Under the pieces are notes generated by a model. That model was not told where the DNA came from and searched no databases. It saw only the letters and a program-made list of their open reading frames with translations. Made by a program: the position numbers and the translations under genes. Source: Actinomycetales bacterium (GTDB lineage: Bacteria; Actinomycetota; Actinomycetes; S36-B12; UBA5976). Taken from it: 64,000 nt of DNA. Shown piece by piece: positions 42,167 through 52,775 of the stretch (its first letter is position 1; each line of letters opens with the position of its first letter). The DNA lies in contig JAGWXT010000009.1 in NCBI GenBank assembly GCA_018969715.1, positions 4,664 to 68,663 of the forward strand. Direction: 5' to 3'.

Positions 42167-42544
42167 ATGCCACTGCAGGTGGACGTCGTCGCCACCGACC
42201 GGCGGGTGTGGAGTGGGCCGGCGCAGATCATCGTCATGCGCACCCTCGACGGTGAGCTTGGGGTCCTGCCCGGCCATGCGCCGCTGCTAGCCCTGCTCGC
42301 GGACGGTCCGGTTGCGGTGACGGCCGAGAGCGGCGAGGTGATCCGGCTGGCAATCCATGGCGGCTTCGCCATCGTCGACAGCGATGAGGTGATCCTGCTG
42401 GCGGACACCGCCGAGCGGGACACCGAGATCGACGTAGCGCGGGCACGGCGCGCCCGTGAGCTGGCGGTGGCCGCCGGCGATGAGGAGGGTGTGCGTCGCT
42501 CCGACACCCGCCTGCTGCTGGCCGGGCAGGCCGTCGCGCACTGA
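42167..42544 (+). CDS. atpC: F0F1 ATP synthase subunit epsilon
   Basis: GELGVLPGHAP, HGGFAIV; operon position. Confidence 0.95.
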   Translation: MPLQVDVVATDRRVWSGPAQIIVMRTLDGELGVLPGHAPLLALLADGPVAVTAESGEVIRLAIHGGFAIVDSDEVILLADTAERDTEIDVARARRARELAVAAGDEEGVRRSDTRLLLAGQAVAH

Positions 42545-42620
42545 GTGCCTGGTGCCGCCGGGCGCGAGCGGATCAGGTGCCTGGTGCCGCCGGGCGCCAG
42601 CGGATCAGGTGCTGCCGGGC
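42545..42620. repeat. 32-bp tandem repeat between convergent atpC and pduO
   Basis: gtgcctggtgccgccgggcgc(g/c)agcggatcag at 42545-42576 and 42577-42608. Confidence 0.95.
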
Positions 42621-43180
42621 CGCCAGAGAACGTCGCCACCGTGCCCAACATTGGCCGTGCGCGCGAGGATGAACAGCAGGTCCGACAGGCGGTTGAGGTA
42701 GACCGCCGGCAGGGTTGACACGGACTGCTCCCCGTGCTCGGCCATTGCCTGCCATGTCGTGCGTTCCGCTCGCCGGCAGATCGTCCGCGCCAGATGAAGC
42801 AGCGCCGCCCCGGCGGTTCCGCCGGGCAGGATGAACGAGGTCAGGTCGGCCAATGGGGCATTCCACTCATCGCACAGTTGCTCAAGCCGTTCCACCGCTG
42901 CGGCGGTGACGCGCAGCCGCGGGGCGTCGGTCGGATCAGGCAGCGGCGTGGCCAGGTCGGCCCCGAGGTCGAACAGCTCGTTCTGCACCCGTCGCAGGAC
43001 CTCGACGATCGCCGGGTCGAGGTCACCCAGCGCACATGCGACGCCGAGGGCACTGTTGGTCTCATCGACATCGGCATACGCGCACAGCCGCGGATCGGTC
43101 TTGCCCGTGCGGCTGAGATCGCCCAGTGAGGTGGTGCCGTCATCGCCGGTGCGGGTGTAGATGCGCGTGAGACGGACCAT
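42605..43180 (-). CDS. pduO: Cob(I)alamin adenosyltransferase, PduO type
   Basis: RIYTRTGDDGTT, DETNS, QNELFDLGADL, FILPGG, CRRAER, YLNRLSDLLF. Confidence 0.93.
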   Translation of the reverse strand: MVRLTRIYTRTGDDGTTSLGDLSRTGKTDPRLCAYADVDETNSALGVACALGDLDPAIVEVLRRVQNELFDLGADLATPLPDPTDAPRLRVTAAAVERLEQLCDEWNAPLADLTSFILPGGTAGAALLHLARTICRRAERTTWQAMAEHGEQSVSTLPAVYLNRLSDLLFILARTANVGHGGDVLWRPGST

Positions 43181-43226
43181 ATGGTGAGCGTAGACCGCGC
43201 GCGCCGAGTGCGTACGCTGGCCGACC

Positions 43227-44510
43227 GTGGAGGCGTTGCGGGTTGTCGGGGGTGCGCGTCTGCGAGGACGGGTTCGCGTGCCGGGGGCGAAGAACAGCGT
43301 CCTGAAGCTCATGGCCGCCGCCCTCATGGTGCCCGGGACGACGATCCTGCGAAACGTGCCGGATATCGCCGATGTCGCGATCATGTCCGAATTGCTGCGC
43401 CGACTCGGGTGCGAGGTCGTCCTCGACCTCGCCGATGGCGTGCTGCTCATCACCGTCCCGGGACAGTTGGAGCACCGGGCCGACTATGACCTCGTCCGAC
43501 GGCTGCGCGCCTCGATTGCCGTCCTCGGCCCGCTCATGGCCCGGCTCGGTGAGGCCGATATCGCCGTCCCCGGCGGTGATGCGATCGGCTCCCGCGGCTT
43601 GGACATCCACCTGCGCGGACTTGAGTTGATGGGCGCGGTCGTGACCAGCGCCGGTGGGTATCTGCACGCCGCCGCGCCCGCCGGACTGCGGGGCATCGAC
43701 TACGAGCTGGACTTCCCCTCCGTGGGCGCCACGGAGACACTGGTCACCGCGGCGGTGGGAGCGCGCGGACTGACCCGTCTGGAGAACTGCGCGCGCGAGC
43801 CGGAGGTTGCCGACCTGTGCACCATGCTCGCCGCGATGGGAGTGCCGATCACCGGCATCGGCACCGACACCCTGACCATCGAGGGCGATCACGCCCTGGC
43901 TCCGGTGGAGCATGTGGTGGTCCCGGATCGCATCGTCACTGGCACCTGGGCCTTCGCCGCGGCGATGACCGGCGGCGAGGTGATCATCGACGGGGCCCGT
44001 CCGGAGCTGCTGAGCCTGCCCTGTGCAACCCTGTGCGAGGCGGGTGCCCACATTGAGACCACGCCGACCGGCATGCGTGTGCGCGGTCCTGCCCGCCCTC
44101 GTGCCGTCGACGCCGTCACCCTGCCCTTCCCGGGCTTCCCGACCGACCTGCAGCCGCACATCATCGCGCTCGATGCGATCGCCGAGGGCAGCGCACTGGT
44201 GACGGAGAACCTGTTCGAGGCGCGCTTCCGGTTCGTCGCCGAGCTCGCCCGGCTGGGGGCGAATGTGAAGGTGGACGGTCATCACTGCCTGATCACCGGG
44301 GTGCCACGGCTGTCCGGGGCGCCCGTGGAGGGTACGGATATCCGGGCGGCGGCGGCGCTCGTGCTGGCCGGGCTCGTTGCCGACGGTGTCACCCATGTGC
44401 TGCACGTTCATCACATCGACCGGGGCTATGCGGATTTTGCGGGGGCCCTGCGCGGGTTGGGGGCCGATGTGGAAAGGGTGACGGTGGATATTGCCGATGT
44501 CGTCGGGTGA
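43227..44510 (+). CDS. murA: UDP-N-acetylglucosamine 1-carboxyvinyltransferase
   Basis: [40 protein letters not shown]. Confidence 0.97.
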   Translation: MEALRVVGGARLRGRVRVPGAKNSVLKLMAAALMVPGTTILRNVPDIADVAIMSELLRRLGCEVVLDLADGVLLITVPGQLEHRADYDLVRRLRASIAVLGPLMARLGEADIAVPGGDAIGSRGLDIHLRGLELMGAVVTSAGGYLHAAAPAGLRGIDYELDFPSVGATETLVTAAVGARGLTRLENCAREPEVADLCTMLAAMGVPITGIGTDTLTIEGDHALAPVEHVVVPDRIVTGTWAFAAAMTGGEVIIDGARPELLSLPCATLCEAGAHIETTPTGMRVRGPARPRAVDAVTLPFPGFPTDLQPHIIALDAIAEGSALVTENLFEARFRFVAELARLGANVKVDGHHCLITGVPRLSGAPVEGTDIRAAAALVLAGLVADGVTHVLHVHHIDRGYADFAGALRGLGADVERVTVDIADVVG

Positions 44511-44562
44511 CGGTGGCGTGTCGGGGGTCGGTCCGCACCCATCGGGAACGTACCGTCGAGAC

Positions 44563-46236
44563 ATGTCCACTCACCCCGTGCGCACCACCCGGTGGCGCCG
44601 GGCGCTCACCGCCACGGCCGCCGCCCTCATCGCCCTGGCCGGGCTCACCGCCCCCGCATCCGCGCGGACCGGCGATATGACTGAGTTCGCCCTCAGCAGC
44701 GGCTCCCAGCCGCGGGGGATCGTCAGCGGACCCGGCGATGCCCTGTGGTTCGTCGAGTTCGGCACAGATGCCCTCGGACGCATCAGCACCTCCGGCCAGC
44801 TGGTCCGCTTCGCCCTGCCGGCCGGGACCAAGCCCTATGACCTCACGGTCGGTCCGGACGGGAACATCTGGTACACCGGCTACGGCAGCAACCGCATCGG
44901 CAAGGTGACCCCCACCGGGGTGGTCACCGAGTACGTCATCCCCACCGTCAACAGCCAGCCGACCGGGATCGCCACCGGTGCCGATGGCAACATCTGGTTC
45001 CTTGAGTCAGCTGCCACCGCGAACAAGGTGGGCCGGGTGACCACCAGCGGGGTGTTCGTCGAGTTCAGCCTGCCAGTCGCGAGCTCGGAGCCGCGGTCGA
45101 TCACCGCCGGACCCAGTGGCGACTCATCGCTCTACTTCACCCTGTTCAACACCGACCGCATCGGCCGGATCACGACCGCCGGAGACATCTCCATCCCGCA
45201 GACCCTGCCGGCGGGTTCCCGTCCCAATGACATCGCCGTCATCGGGTCATCGATCTGGTTCACCATGTTCGGCACGTCCACCCTCGGCTCGATCAGCGGC
45301 GGAAACCTCACCACGGTGCCACTGGCCGCCGGCTCCTTCCCGACCGGGATCGCCGCCGGCCCCGGCCAGAGTGTGTGGTACCTCGCCTCATCGACTAACG
45401 CCGTCGGCACCCTGCTCGCCGATGGCCGCACGACGCGGCAGTTCCCCCTGCTCACCAGTGCCGCCACACCCGAGCGGCTCGCCCTCGGACCCGACGGCAA
45501 CCTCTGGGTGACCGAGTTCGCCGCCGGTCGCATCGCCCGCGTGGAAGCCCAGGCGGTGCCCACCAGCAGCGCCGCACCCACCCTGAGCCCAACCGTGGCC
45601 GCGGTGGGTACGACCCTGTCGGTGACCAATGGCACCTGGAGCGGCACCCCCACCTCCTACGGCTACCAGTGGCAGCGGTGCACCCTCGATGCGGACACCG
45701 CCTGCGCGGTGATCCCTGGCTTCGTCGGCCCCACCTATGTCCTCACCGCGGCCGATAACGGGTTCTGGGTCCGGGCGGGGGTGACCGCGACGAATGCCGA
45801 GGGGCCCGGCTCCCCGGCGTACACCGCTCGGTTGCGCATCGGCGCCGCCGCTCCCGTCCCGCAGCCGACCCCCACGCCATCCCCGGCTCCCGCCCCCGGA
45901 CCGACCGGGGCCACCGGCACCATCGGGTCGGGGGTCACTGCGACGCTCACCAGCCCCGGTCGCCTCAGTGGCAGCCGCGCGCGGGCGATCTCCGTGGGCT
46001 TCTCCACTATCGGCGTCCTCGGCACGGTCAACCTCACGGTCACCTCGTCGCTGGGCGGTCCCGCGCGGACGATCAGCCAGGCGGTGCCGGTCCGCCAGGG
46101 CAAGGCGTCAATCCGCTGGCAGGTGCCGCCGTCACTGGCTGCCGGCCGGGCAACCCTGCAGGCGGTCTTCACTCCCGTGCCCGGCAGTCCTTACCAGCCG
46201 GTGACCCTCACTCGACCGGTGACGATTGTGCGCTGA
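44563..46236 (+). CDS. Secreted Vgb/SMP-30-like beta-propeller + Ig-like domain + Pro/Thr linker + C-terminal beta domain
   Basis: Signal peptide; repeated GPDGN(I/L)W(F/Y)T..N.IG(K/R) blades; GTWSG..YGYQWQRC..C..TYVL domain. Confidence 0.8.
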   Translation: MSTHPVRTTRWRRALTATAAALIALAGLTAPASARTGDMTEFALSSGSQPRGIVSGPGDALWFVEFGTDALGRISTSGQLVRFALPAGTKPYDLTVGPDGNIWYTGYGSNRIGKVTPTGVVTEYVIPTVNSQPTGIATGADGNIWFLESAATANKVGRVTTSGVFVEFSLPVASSEPRSITAGPSGDSSLYFTLFNTDRIGRITTAGDISIPQTLPAGSRPNDIAVIGSSIWFTMFGTSTLGSISGGNLTTVPLAAGSFPTGIAAGPGQSVWYLASSTNAVGTLLADGRTTRQFPLLTSAATPERLALGPDGNLWVTEFAAGRIARVEAQAVPTSSAAPTLSPTVAAVGTTLSVTNGTWSGTPTSYGYQWQRCTLDADTACAVIPGFVGPTYVLTAADNGFWVRAGVTATNAEGPGSPAYTARLRIGAAAPVPQPTPTPSPAPAPGPTGATGTIGSGVTATLTSPGRLSGSRARAISVGFSTIGVLGTVNLTVTSSLGGPARTISQAVPVRQGKASIRWQVPPSLAAGRATLQAVFTPVPGSPYQPVTLTRPVTIVR

Positions 46237-46546
46237 GGATTCGTCGCGCCCGGTCGGCATCCCCTGACCATACGAACACACGAGGGCCGTCAACCGTGCC
46301 GGCGAGTGTGGTGCGGATGCCGGCGGCGGCCAGTCGCGCCCGCACCCGCTCCGCCTGCGCCCGGGTCTGCGGGGCGGCGACGATGTCGAGCATCCCGTAC
46401 TGGTCTGGTGACCCCGGGGCCACCGGACGGGCAATGAGGGAGCCACCCCGCCGGAAGGTCCAGCGCAGCAGCAGTGCCAGCAACCCGATGCCGAGCACCG
46501 CAATGAAGGGGCCGAATGAGTACGAGTAGGAACCCCAGGCGGCCAC
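46208..46546 (-). CDS. Conserved-type actinobacterial small membrane protein
   Basis: Single TM ([21 protein letters not shown]), then DQYGML..GIRTTL; CACACT-N6-GTG. Confidence 0.65.
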   Translation of the reverse strand: MAAWGSYSYSFGPFIAVLGIGLLALLLRWTFRRGGSLIARPVAPGSPDQYGMLDIVAAPQTRAQAERVRARLAAAGIRTTLAGTVDGPRVFVWSGDADRARRILSAQSSPVE

Positions 46547-46604
46547 GTCAGCAGTGTGCCACCGTCTGGGTGCGGGTGCGCGGCGGGCGCCTACGCTGGG
46601 CGGG

Positions 46605-47276
46605 ATGCGCCTGCTCATTGCGCGCTGCCGGGTGGACTACGCGGGCCGGTTGGCCGCCGTCCTGCCGGAGGCCGTCCGCCTGATCCTCATCAAGGCCGAT
46701 GGCTCGGTGTGCGTCCACGCTGATGACCGCGCCTACAAGCCGCTGAACTGGATGAACCCCCCCTGCACCCTGCGCGAGGAGGCCGGCCCCGCTGGGGAGC
46801 GGATCCTCCGCGTGGACAGCCCGCGGGGTGAGGGTCTGACGATCACCGTCAGCGAGGTGCTCCACGACAGCAGCCATGACCTCGGCGTCGAGCCGGGCTC
46901 GACGAAGGACGGCGTTGAGGCCGAGTTGCAGCGGCTGCTCGCCGAGCAGCCGGAGGTGCTTGGGGCGGGCCTGCGCCTGATCCGCCGGGAGCATCCCACC
47001 GCAATCGGTCCGGTCGACCTGCTGTTGCGCGATGCGGTCGGGGTGGTGGCGGTGGAGGTGAAGCGTCATGCCGGGATCGACGGTGTTGAGCAGCTCACCC
47101 GGTACCTCGAGCTGCTCAACCGCGATCCCATCCTTGCCCCGGTGCGCGGTGTGCTGGCCGCCCAGCAGGTTCGCCCCCAGGCGCGCACCCTCGCCGGGGA
47201 ACGCGGTATCGCGTGCATCGTGGTGGACTACGCGGCGCTGCGAGATGCCGACGAGCCGGGCGACCGACTCTTCTGA
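46605..47276 (+). CDS. nucS: Mismatch-specific endonuclease NucS/EndoMS
   Basis: [53 protein letters not shown]. Confidence 0.95.
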   Translation: MRLLIARCRVDYAGRLAAVLPEAVRLILIKADGSVCVHADDRAYKPLNWMNPPCTLREEAGPAGERILRVDSPRGEGLTITVSEVLHDSSHDLGVEPGSTKDGVEAELQRLLAEQPEVLGAGLRLIRREHPTAIGPVDLLLRDAVGVVAVEVKRHAGIDGVEQLTRYLELLNRDPILAPVRGVLAAQQVRPQARTLAGERGIACIVVDYAALRDADEPGDRLF

Positions 47277-47299
47277 GTCGCCCCCGGTAGCGTCGCCCC

Positions 47300-48919
47300 G
47301 TGGCCGACTACGTCATCATCGGCGCGGGCAGCGCCGGCTGTGTCCTCGCCGGCCGCCTCAGTGAGGACCCGGCGGTCACCGTCACGCTCGTGGAGGCCGG
47401 CCCGGGGAGTCAACCACCGCTGCTCGGCGTCCCGGCTGCGTTCCCCACCCTGCTGAGGACTGAATGGGACTGGGATTTCCGCACCACCCCGCAGCCGTCA
47501 CTGGCCGGTCGCAGCCTGTACTGGCCGCGTGGTCGCGGGCTGGGGGGCTCCAGTGCGATCAACGCGATGCTGTACCTGCGCGGTCATCCACATGACTACC
47601 GCACGTGGGCCCGGCTGGTCGGATCGGCCGGCTGGGATTGGCCGGCCATGCTGGCGATGTTCCTGCGCAGTGAGGACAACGTCCGCGGAGCCAGCCCCTG
47701 GCATGGGGTCGGCGGCCCGTTGTCGGTGGCTGACAGCGGACACCGACACGCAAGCGTTGCCCGCTTCCTCGTTGCCGCCGAGCAGTTCGGCCTGCCGGCG
47801 AACCCCGACTTCGCCGTGGGTGAGCCGGATGGGGTGGGCTGGTTTCAGGTGACCACCCGCGGCGGCCGGCGTTGGAGTGCCGCGGACGCCTACCTGCGTC
47901 CGGCGTCCGGCCGTCCGAACCTGCGCGTGGGCACCGGCGTTCACGTCCATCGCATCCTCATCGAGGGTGGTCGCGCAACCGGGGTCGTGGTGCACGAGCA
48001 GGCCACGGGACGGCGGCGGGTGATCCGAGCCGATCGCGAGGTCCTGCTTGCCGCGGGCGCCATCGGCAGCCCCCACCTGCTCATGCTCTCCGGCATCGGA
48101 CCGGCGGATCACCTGCGGGCACTGGGGTGCCCGGTCCATGTCGACTCCCCGAACGTCGGCGAGGGACTGGCTGATCACCTCGCGGTGCCCCTGATCTGGG
48201 ACAGTCGTCGCCGCAGCATTCACGACGCACAGTCGGTGGCGGCCCTTGCTCGCTGGCAGTGGGACGGCGGCGGGCCGCTGGCGAGCACGATCGCTGAGGC
48301 GGGCGGTTTCTGGCGGAGCACCTCTGGCCTGCCCGCGCCGGATATCCAGTGGCATGTCGGGGCAGCGGCGTTCCATGATCACGGCTTGACCGAGCCGTTG
48401 GCGCCGGGCTTCAGCATCGGCCCGACGCTGCTTGCCCCGCAGTCACGCGGACGGGTACGGCTGCGCACCGCCGACCCGCAGCATCGTCCGCTGATCGACC
48501 CCGGCTACCTGCGGGAGCCGGTCGACCTTGCCGCCCTCACCGCGGCGGTCGGGACCGCCCTGGCGATCGCCGCCCAACCGGCCCTCGCGAGCATCCTCCA
48601 CCCGCGCGACCTGCCAGCCAGTTCCGATCGCGCCGACATCGTCGCCCACATTCGCAACCGCGCTGAGACGATCTACCACCCGGTGGGAACGTGCGCAATG
48701 GGCGCCGATGAGCACAGCGTCCTCGATGCCCGGTTGCGGGTGCGCGGGGTGAGCGGGCTGCGGGTGGTCGATGCCTCCGCGATGCCGACGGTGCCGCGCG
48801 GCAACACCAATGCGCCGACGATCGCCCTCGCCGAGCGGGCGGTCGACCTCATCACCGGGCGTCGGGAGGCACTGCACGCCACCGCCGCCGCCCGTACACC
48901 CCAGCCAGCAGGGTGCTGA
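47300..48919 (+). CDS. GMC-family flavoprotein oxidoreductase (choline dehydrogenase-like)
   Basis: IIGAGSAG, PRGRGLGGSSAIN, GAIGSPHLLMLSGIG, YHPVGTC, RGNTNAP. Confidence 0.92.
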   Translation: MADYVIIGAGSAGCVLAGRLSEDPAVTVTLVEAGPGSQPPLLGVPAAFPTLLRTEWDWDFRTTPQPSLAGRSLYWPRGRGLGGSSAINAMLYLRGHPHDYRTWARLVGSAGWDWPAMLAMFLRSEDNVRGASPWHGVGGPLSVADSGHRHASVARFLVAAEQFGLPANPDFAVGEPDGVGWFQVTTRGGRRWSAADAYLRPASGRPNLRVGTGVHVHRILIEGGRATGVVVHEQATGRRRVIRADREVLLAAGAIGSPHLLMLSGIGPADHLRALGCPVHVDSPNVGEGLADHLAVPLIWDSRRRSIHDAQSVAALARWQWDGGGPLASTIAEAGGFWRSTSGLPAPDIQWHVGAAAFHDHGLTEPLAPGFSIGPTLLAPQSRGRVRLRTADPQHRPLIDPGYLREPVDLAALTAAVGTALAIAAQPALASILHPRDLPASSDRADIVAHIRNRAETIYHPVGTCAMGADEHSVLDARLRVRGVSGLRVVDASAMPTVPRGNTNAPTIALAERAVDLITGRREALHATAAARTPQPAGC

Positions 48920-50519
48920 GCCGGTCCGCGGCGGCCGGGGTGCGCCGGTAGGAGGCGATCTCCAGTGGCGAGCCGAACAGCTGGCGGGTGACCGCCTTGC
49001 TGCGGGCGAACTCGCGCAGCCCGTCATCGCCGTGGATGCGTCCGAACCCGGAGTCGCCGACCCCGCCCCAGGAAAGCCGGGGCACACCGGCGTTCATCGC
49101 CCACGCGTTGACCGAGACCATCCCGGTTCGCAGGTTCGCCACCGCCCACCGGATCGCGGCTCGATCCCGGCTGAAGACCGTGGCTCCCAGGCCATGGCGG
49201 ACCGCGTTGGCGCGGGCGACGGCCGTGGGCAGATCGGGCACCGGGGTGATGGTGATGACCGGTCCGAACGTCTCCTCCGTGCTCAGAGGGCTGTCGGCGG
49301 GAACGTCGGTGAGCAGCAGCGGGGTGAGCAGGGGGGTGGCCGTGGCCGGGTGGCCTTCGGTGGCCGGGTGGCCTTCGGTGGTCGGGTGGTCTTCCGTGGC
49401 CGGGTGGTCTTCGGTGGCCGAAGGCTGAGGTGTGGGAGCTGATGCGGGCGGTGGTGTGCCGCTGACGATCCGCGCTCCCGCGGCGAGTGCGGCGCTGACG
49501 TGGGTGGCGATCACCGCTGCCTGCTCCGGGGTAGTCATCGGCCCCCAGTCGGCGGCCGGGTCGCGGCCGGGGCGCCGTCCGGCAAGAATCCGCGACACCC
49601 GGTCGGTGAGGTCCTCGGCCACTGGCGCCACGACGAATACCCGCTCCACGGCAACGCATGTCTGGCCGGCATTGGACACCCCGCCGAAGACGATGGCATG
49701 GGCGGCTGCATCGAGGTCGGCGGTCGCGTCGACGATGAGGGCATCGTTGCCGCCAGCCTCGATGACCACCGGCGTCAGCCGCTGGGCACAGGCGGTCATC
49801 ACCGCTCGGGCGGTTGCGGTGCTGCCGGTGAAGGAGACCTTGTCGATGTCGGCGGCGCAGAGGTCCCGCCCGGTCTGTGCCGCTCCGATAAGGGCGGTGA
49901 GGACTGGGCGCCCACCGGTGAGCCGCTGCAGGCTCTCCGCCAGCCACTGGCCGACGACCGGGGTGTATTCACTGGGCTTGAACACCACCGCATTGCCCGC
50001 GGCAAGTGCGTACGCGATGGACCCCATCGGTGTGAACACCGGATAGTTCCACGGCCCGATCACGGCGACCACGCCGTACGGCTCGTAGCGCAGCGTCGCC
50101 CACTGGTTGGCGGTGAGCAGTCCAGAGGGAACCCAGCGCTCCCCGAGGACGCGCGGTGCGCGCCCGGCCGCCCACCACAGGTGCTCGACGGTGAGCGCCA
50201 CCTCGAGCAGGGCATCGGCGCGGGGCTTGCCGTTCTCACGGGTGACCAGATGGGCGAGTTGATCCGCGCGCCGGGCGAGCACCCCGGCCCACGCCCGCAG
50301 CACCGCCCGCCGTCCGTTGAAGCCCAGCCCCCACCACCAGCGCTGAGCCCGTCGGGCATCGACGACGGCTGCGGCGACTGCTGCGGCAGTGGTAATGGGC
50401 AGGGTGGCGAGGATGTCGCCGGTAGCGGGCTCGGTGCTCTGGAGCGTCGCCGTGCCGGCGCTGGTGGATGTCGCCGTGCCGGCGCTGGTGGATGTCGCCG
50501 TGCCGGCGCTGTCGACCAT
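48852..50519 (-). CDS. Aldehyde dehydrogenase with repeat insertions
   Basis: GPWNYP, KPSE, FTGSTATA, EAGGND, AGQTCVA (catalytic Cys), EETFGP. Confidence 0.93.
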   Translation of the reverse strand: MVDSAGTATSTSAGTATSTSAGTATLQSTEPATGDILATLPITTAAAVAAAVVDARRAQRWWWGLGFNGRRAVLRAWAGVLARRADQLAHLVTRENGKPRADALLEVALTVEHLWWAAGRAPRVLGERWVPSGLLTANQWATLRYEPYGVVAVIGPWNYPVFTPMGSIAYALAAGNAVVFKPSEYTPVVGQWLAESLQRLTGGRPVLTALIGAAQTGRDLCAADIDKVSFTGSTATARAVMTACAQRLTPVVIEAGGNDALIVDATADLDAAAHAIVFGGVSNAGQTCVAVERVFVVAPVAEDLTDRVSRILAGRRPGRDPAADWGPMTTPEQAAVIATHVSAALAAGARIVSGTPPPASAPTPQPSATEDHPATEDHPTTEGHPATEGHPATATPLLTPLLLTDVPADSPLSTEETFGPVITITPVPDLPTAVARANAVRHGLGATVFSRDRAAIRWAVANLRTGMVSVNAWAMNAGVPRLSWGGVGDSGFGRIHGDDGLREFARSKAVTRQLFGSPLEIASYRRTPAAADRLSTLLAGVYGRRRWRAVPPDAR

Positions 50520-50552
50520 GGCGCCACCCTAGGCGGGGGTTAGCCTGACCGG

Positions 50553-50855
50553 GTGGCCCGCCGGCAGCGTCGCGCCACCCGCGACTCCGGGGTGACGCCG
50601 CGGCCTGCCGAGGCCGAGGGGGAGGTCCGGGCACCCGCACACCGGCAGGTCGAAAGCCATGCGGATGGGGACTGGGTCGTCCAGGCGATCACCGGCGCGA
50701 CCTCGACCAAGCCGTACCGATGTCCCGGCTGTGACCAGCCGATCCCCCCGGCCACCCCGCATTTGGTCGCCTGGCCAGCAGAAGGCTCGGCCGGGCTGGC
50801 CGAGCGACGCCATTGGCATCGCGCGTGCTGGCGGAGCCGGCTGCGGCGACGGTGA
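50553..50855 (+). CDS. Conserved actinobacterial putative Zn-binding protein (Rv1322-like)
   Basis: KPYRCPGCDQ..PHLVAWP..RRHWHRACW; TAGCCT-N6-GTG. Confidence 0.8.
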   Translation: MARRQRRATRDSGVTPRPAEAEGEVRAPAHRQVESHADGDWVVQAITGATSTKPYRCPGCDQPIPPATPHLVAWPAEGSAGLAERRHWHRACWRSRLRRR

Positions 50856-51640
50856 GTGTCGCCACGTCCGACCGCGGGGAGCCGATCACCGCAACGAGCG
50901 TCCTGCCGGCCGGGCGGGAGCCCATCCTGCTGACGGCCGCGGACGGCGTGCCGCTCATCGCCGAGATCGCCCGCCCATTGGGTCCGGTGCGCGCCACCGT
51001 GATCGCCCTGCATCCGCTCACCACCCACGGCGGGAGCATGGACTCCCACCTGCTGCGCAAGATGGCCGCGCGGCTTCCGGCCCTGGCCGGTGTCGCCGTG
51101 CTGCGGCTCAACACCCGCGGGGCGGTGAGCCGCCACGGGGCAAGCGGTGGGGCCTTCGACTATGCGCGTGGGGAAGGCGCCGATCTCGCCGCTGCCTGCG
51201 CGTGGGTTGATTCCCAGCCCGATCTGCCCGACCCATGGGTTCTGGGCTGGTCGTTCGGCGCCGACATCGCCCTTCGCCATGCTGATCGGCCACCGGTGGT
51301 CGGCGTCATCCTCCTCAGTCCGACCCTCTGGCTCACCCCGCAGGCAACGCTCACCTCATGGGCGATGAGCGCACGACCGATGATCGCCCTCATCCCGCAG
51401 CGGGACCACTACCTTCCCCCGGCACTCGCCCGGGAGCGGTTCACTGCGATCCCCGCTCTGGATCTCATCGTCGTTCCCCAGGCGGGCCACCTGTTGATCG
51501 GCGAGCCCTCGGTACGGCTCGTCCTCGACGAGGTCGCCGCCCGCCTGGTGCCGGGCCGTGCACCGCTGCCCCGGTATTGGCGCGGCAGGATGGAGCAATG
51601 GAACGAACTGCCGAGCCCAGCACCGACCCGTTCTCCCTGA
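50852..51640 (+). CDS. Alpha/beta hydrolase
   Basis: [25 protein letters not shown] nucleophile elbow, DHYL, AGHL. Confidence 0.85.
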   Translation: MSVATSDRGEPITATSVLPAGREPILLTAADGVPLIAEIARPLGPVRATVIALHPLTTHGGSMDSHLLRKMAARLPALAGVAVLRLNTRGAVSRHGASGGAFDYARGEGADLAAACAWVDSQPDLPDPWVLGWSFGADIALRHADRPPVVGVILLSPTLWLTPQATLTSWAMSARPMIALIPQRDHYLPPALARERFTAIPALDLIVVPQAGHLLIGEPSVRLVLDEVAARLVPGRAPLPRYWRGRMEQWNELPSPAPTRSP

Positions 51641-52383
51641 GCGGTGTCCGCGCCCTCATCACCGGCTCCTCCCGCGGCATCGGCCGGGCCATTGCCCTGG
51701 CGTACGCCCGGGCCGGTGCCGACGTTGCCCTGCTTGCCCGTGACCGCGACCGGCTCGCCGAGGTTGCCGCCGAGGTCGCCGCCCTCGGCCGCCGCGCGAT
51801 CATCGTCACCGCCGATCTCGCCACCCCGGCTGCCGTGACGCCAGCGGTGGCCACCGCGATCGAGGGGTTGGGCGGACTGGACGTGCTGGTGAACAATGCC
51901 GGCGGGAACCGGTTCACCTCCCCCTTCGCCGACCTGCGCCCCACGGGCTGGCAGTCCACCCTGCAACTGAACCTCGACAGCGTTGCCCTCGCCACCCAGG
52001 CAAGTGCGCAGGCACTGGCGGTTCGCGGTGGCTCGGTGCTGATGGTGGCGAGCGTCTCGGGGGTGATGGCCAGCCCCGGGATGGCGCACTATGCCGCTGC
52101 GAAGGCCGGCCTGATCAGCCTCACCCGGACCCTTGCCATCGAGTGGGCCGACCGCGGGGTGCGGGTCAACGCCCTCGCGCCCGGCTGGATCACCACCGAC
52201 CTCACCGGGTTCCTTCGCGAGGACCCGCAACGCGAGCGTGGCCTGCTCAGCCGCGTGCCCATGCGACGGTGGGGGCAGCCGGCTGAGATCGCGGGGCCGG
52301 CGGTCTTCCTCGCCAGCCCGGCGGCCTCCTTCATCACCGGTCAGGTGCTCATCGTGGACGGGGGTCTGACGGTGGCCCCCTGA
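51598..52383 (+). CDS. Short-chain dehydrogenase/reductase
   Basis: [35 protein letters not shown]. Confidence 0.93.
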   Translation: MERTAEPSTDPFSLSGVRALITGSSRGIGRAIALAYARAGADVALLARDRDRLAEVAAEVAALGRRAIIVTADLATPAAVTPAVATAIEGLGGLDVLVNNAGGNRFTSPFADLRPTGWQSTLQLNLDSVALATQASAQALAVRGGSVLMVASVSGVMASPGMAHYAAAKAGLISLTRTLAIEWADRGVRVNALAPGWITTDLTGFLREDPQRERGLLSRVPMRRWGQPAEIAGPAVFLASPAASFITGQVLIVDGGLTVAP

Positions 52384-52409
52384 GGGCCAGCCGACTAGGC
52401 TTCCCCGGC

Positions 52410-52697
52410 ATGTGCTGCTTCCTTGCCCTCGGTGCCTTCTTCCCCCGGCTGGCGATCGTCCTCATCGCACTGCTCACCAACTGGTTCAGCGGCGTGTTCC
52501 CGAACTGGGTGCTTCCCGTTCTCGGCCTGATCTTCCTGCCGTACACAACGCTGGCCTACCTCGCCTTCTGGCACTGGCAGGACGGTTCCCTCACCATCGT
52601 GACGTGGGCGCTGGTCGGTCTCGCCGCGGTCATCGACATCGGCAACCTCGCTGGCGGCTGGGCGCGTCGGGATCAGGCGCCCAAGTTCGGTCGCTAA
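52410..52697 (+). CDS. Small membrane protein
   Basis: FFPRL..LGLIFLPYTTLAY, three hydrophobic segments; TAGGCT-N8-ATG. Confidence 0.75.
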   Translation: MCCFLALGAFFPRLAIVLIALLTNWFSGVFPNWVLPVLGLIFLPYTTLAYLAFWHWQDGSLTIVTWALVGLAAVIDIGNLAGGWARRDQAPKFGR

Positions 52698-52775
52698 CCG
52701 GGCTCCGGCCGCTGCGCCCGTTCCACGCCCGGCCCCCCGCCGCGCCCTGCGCCCTCGTGCCAGCGCGCGTCAGGG

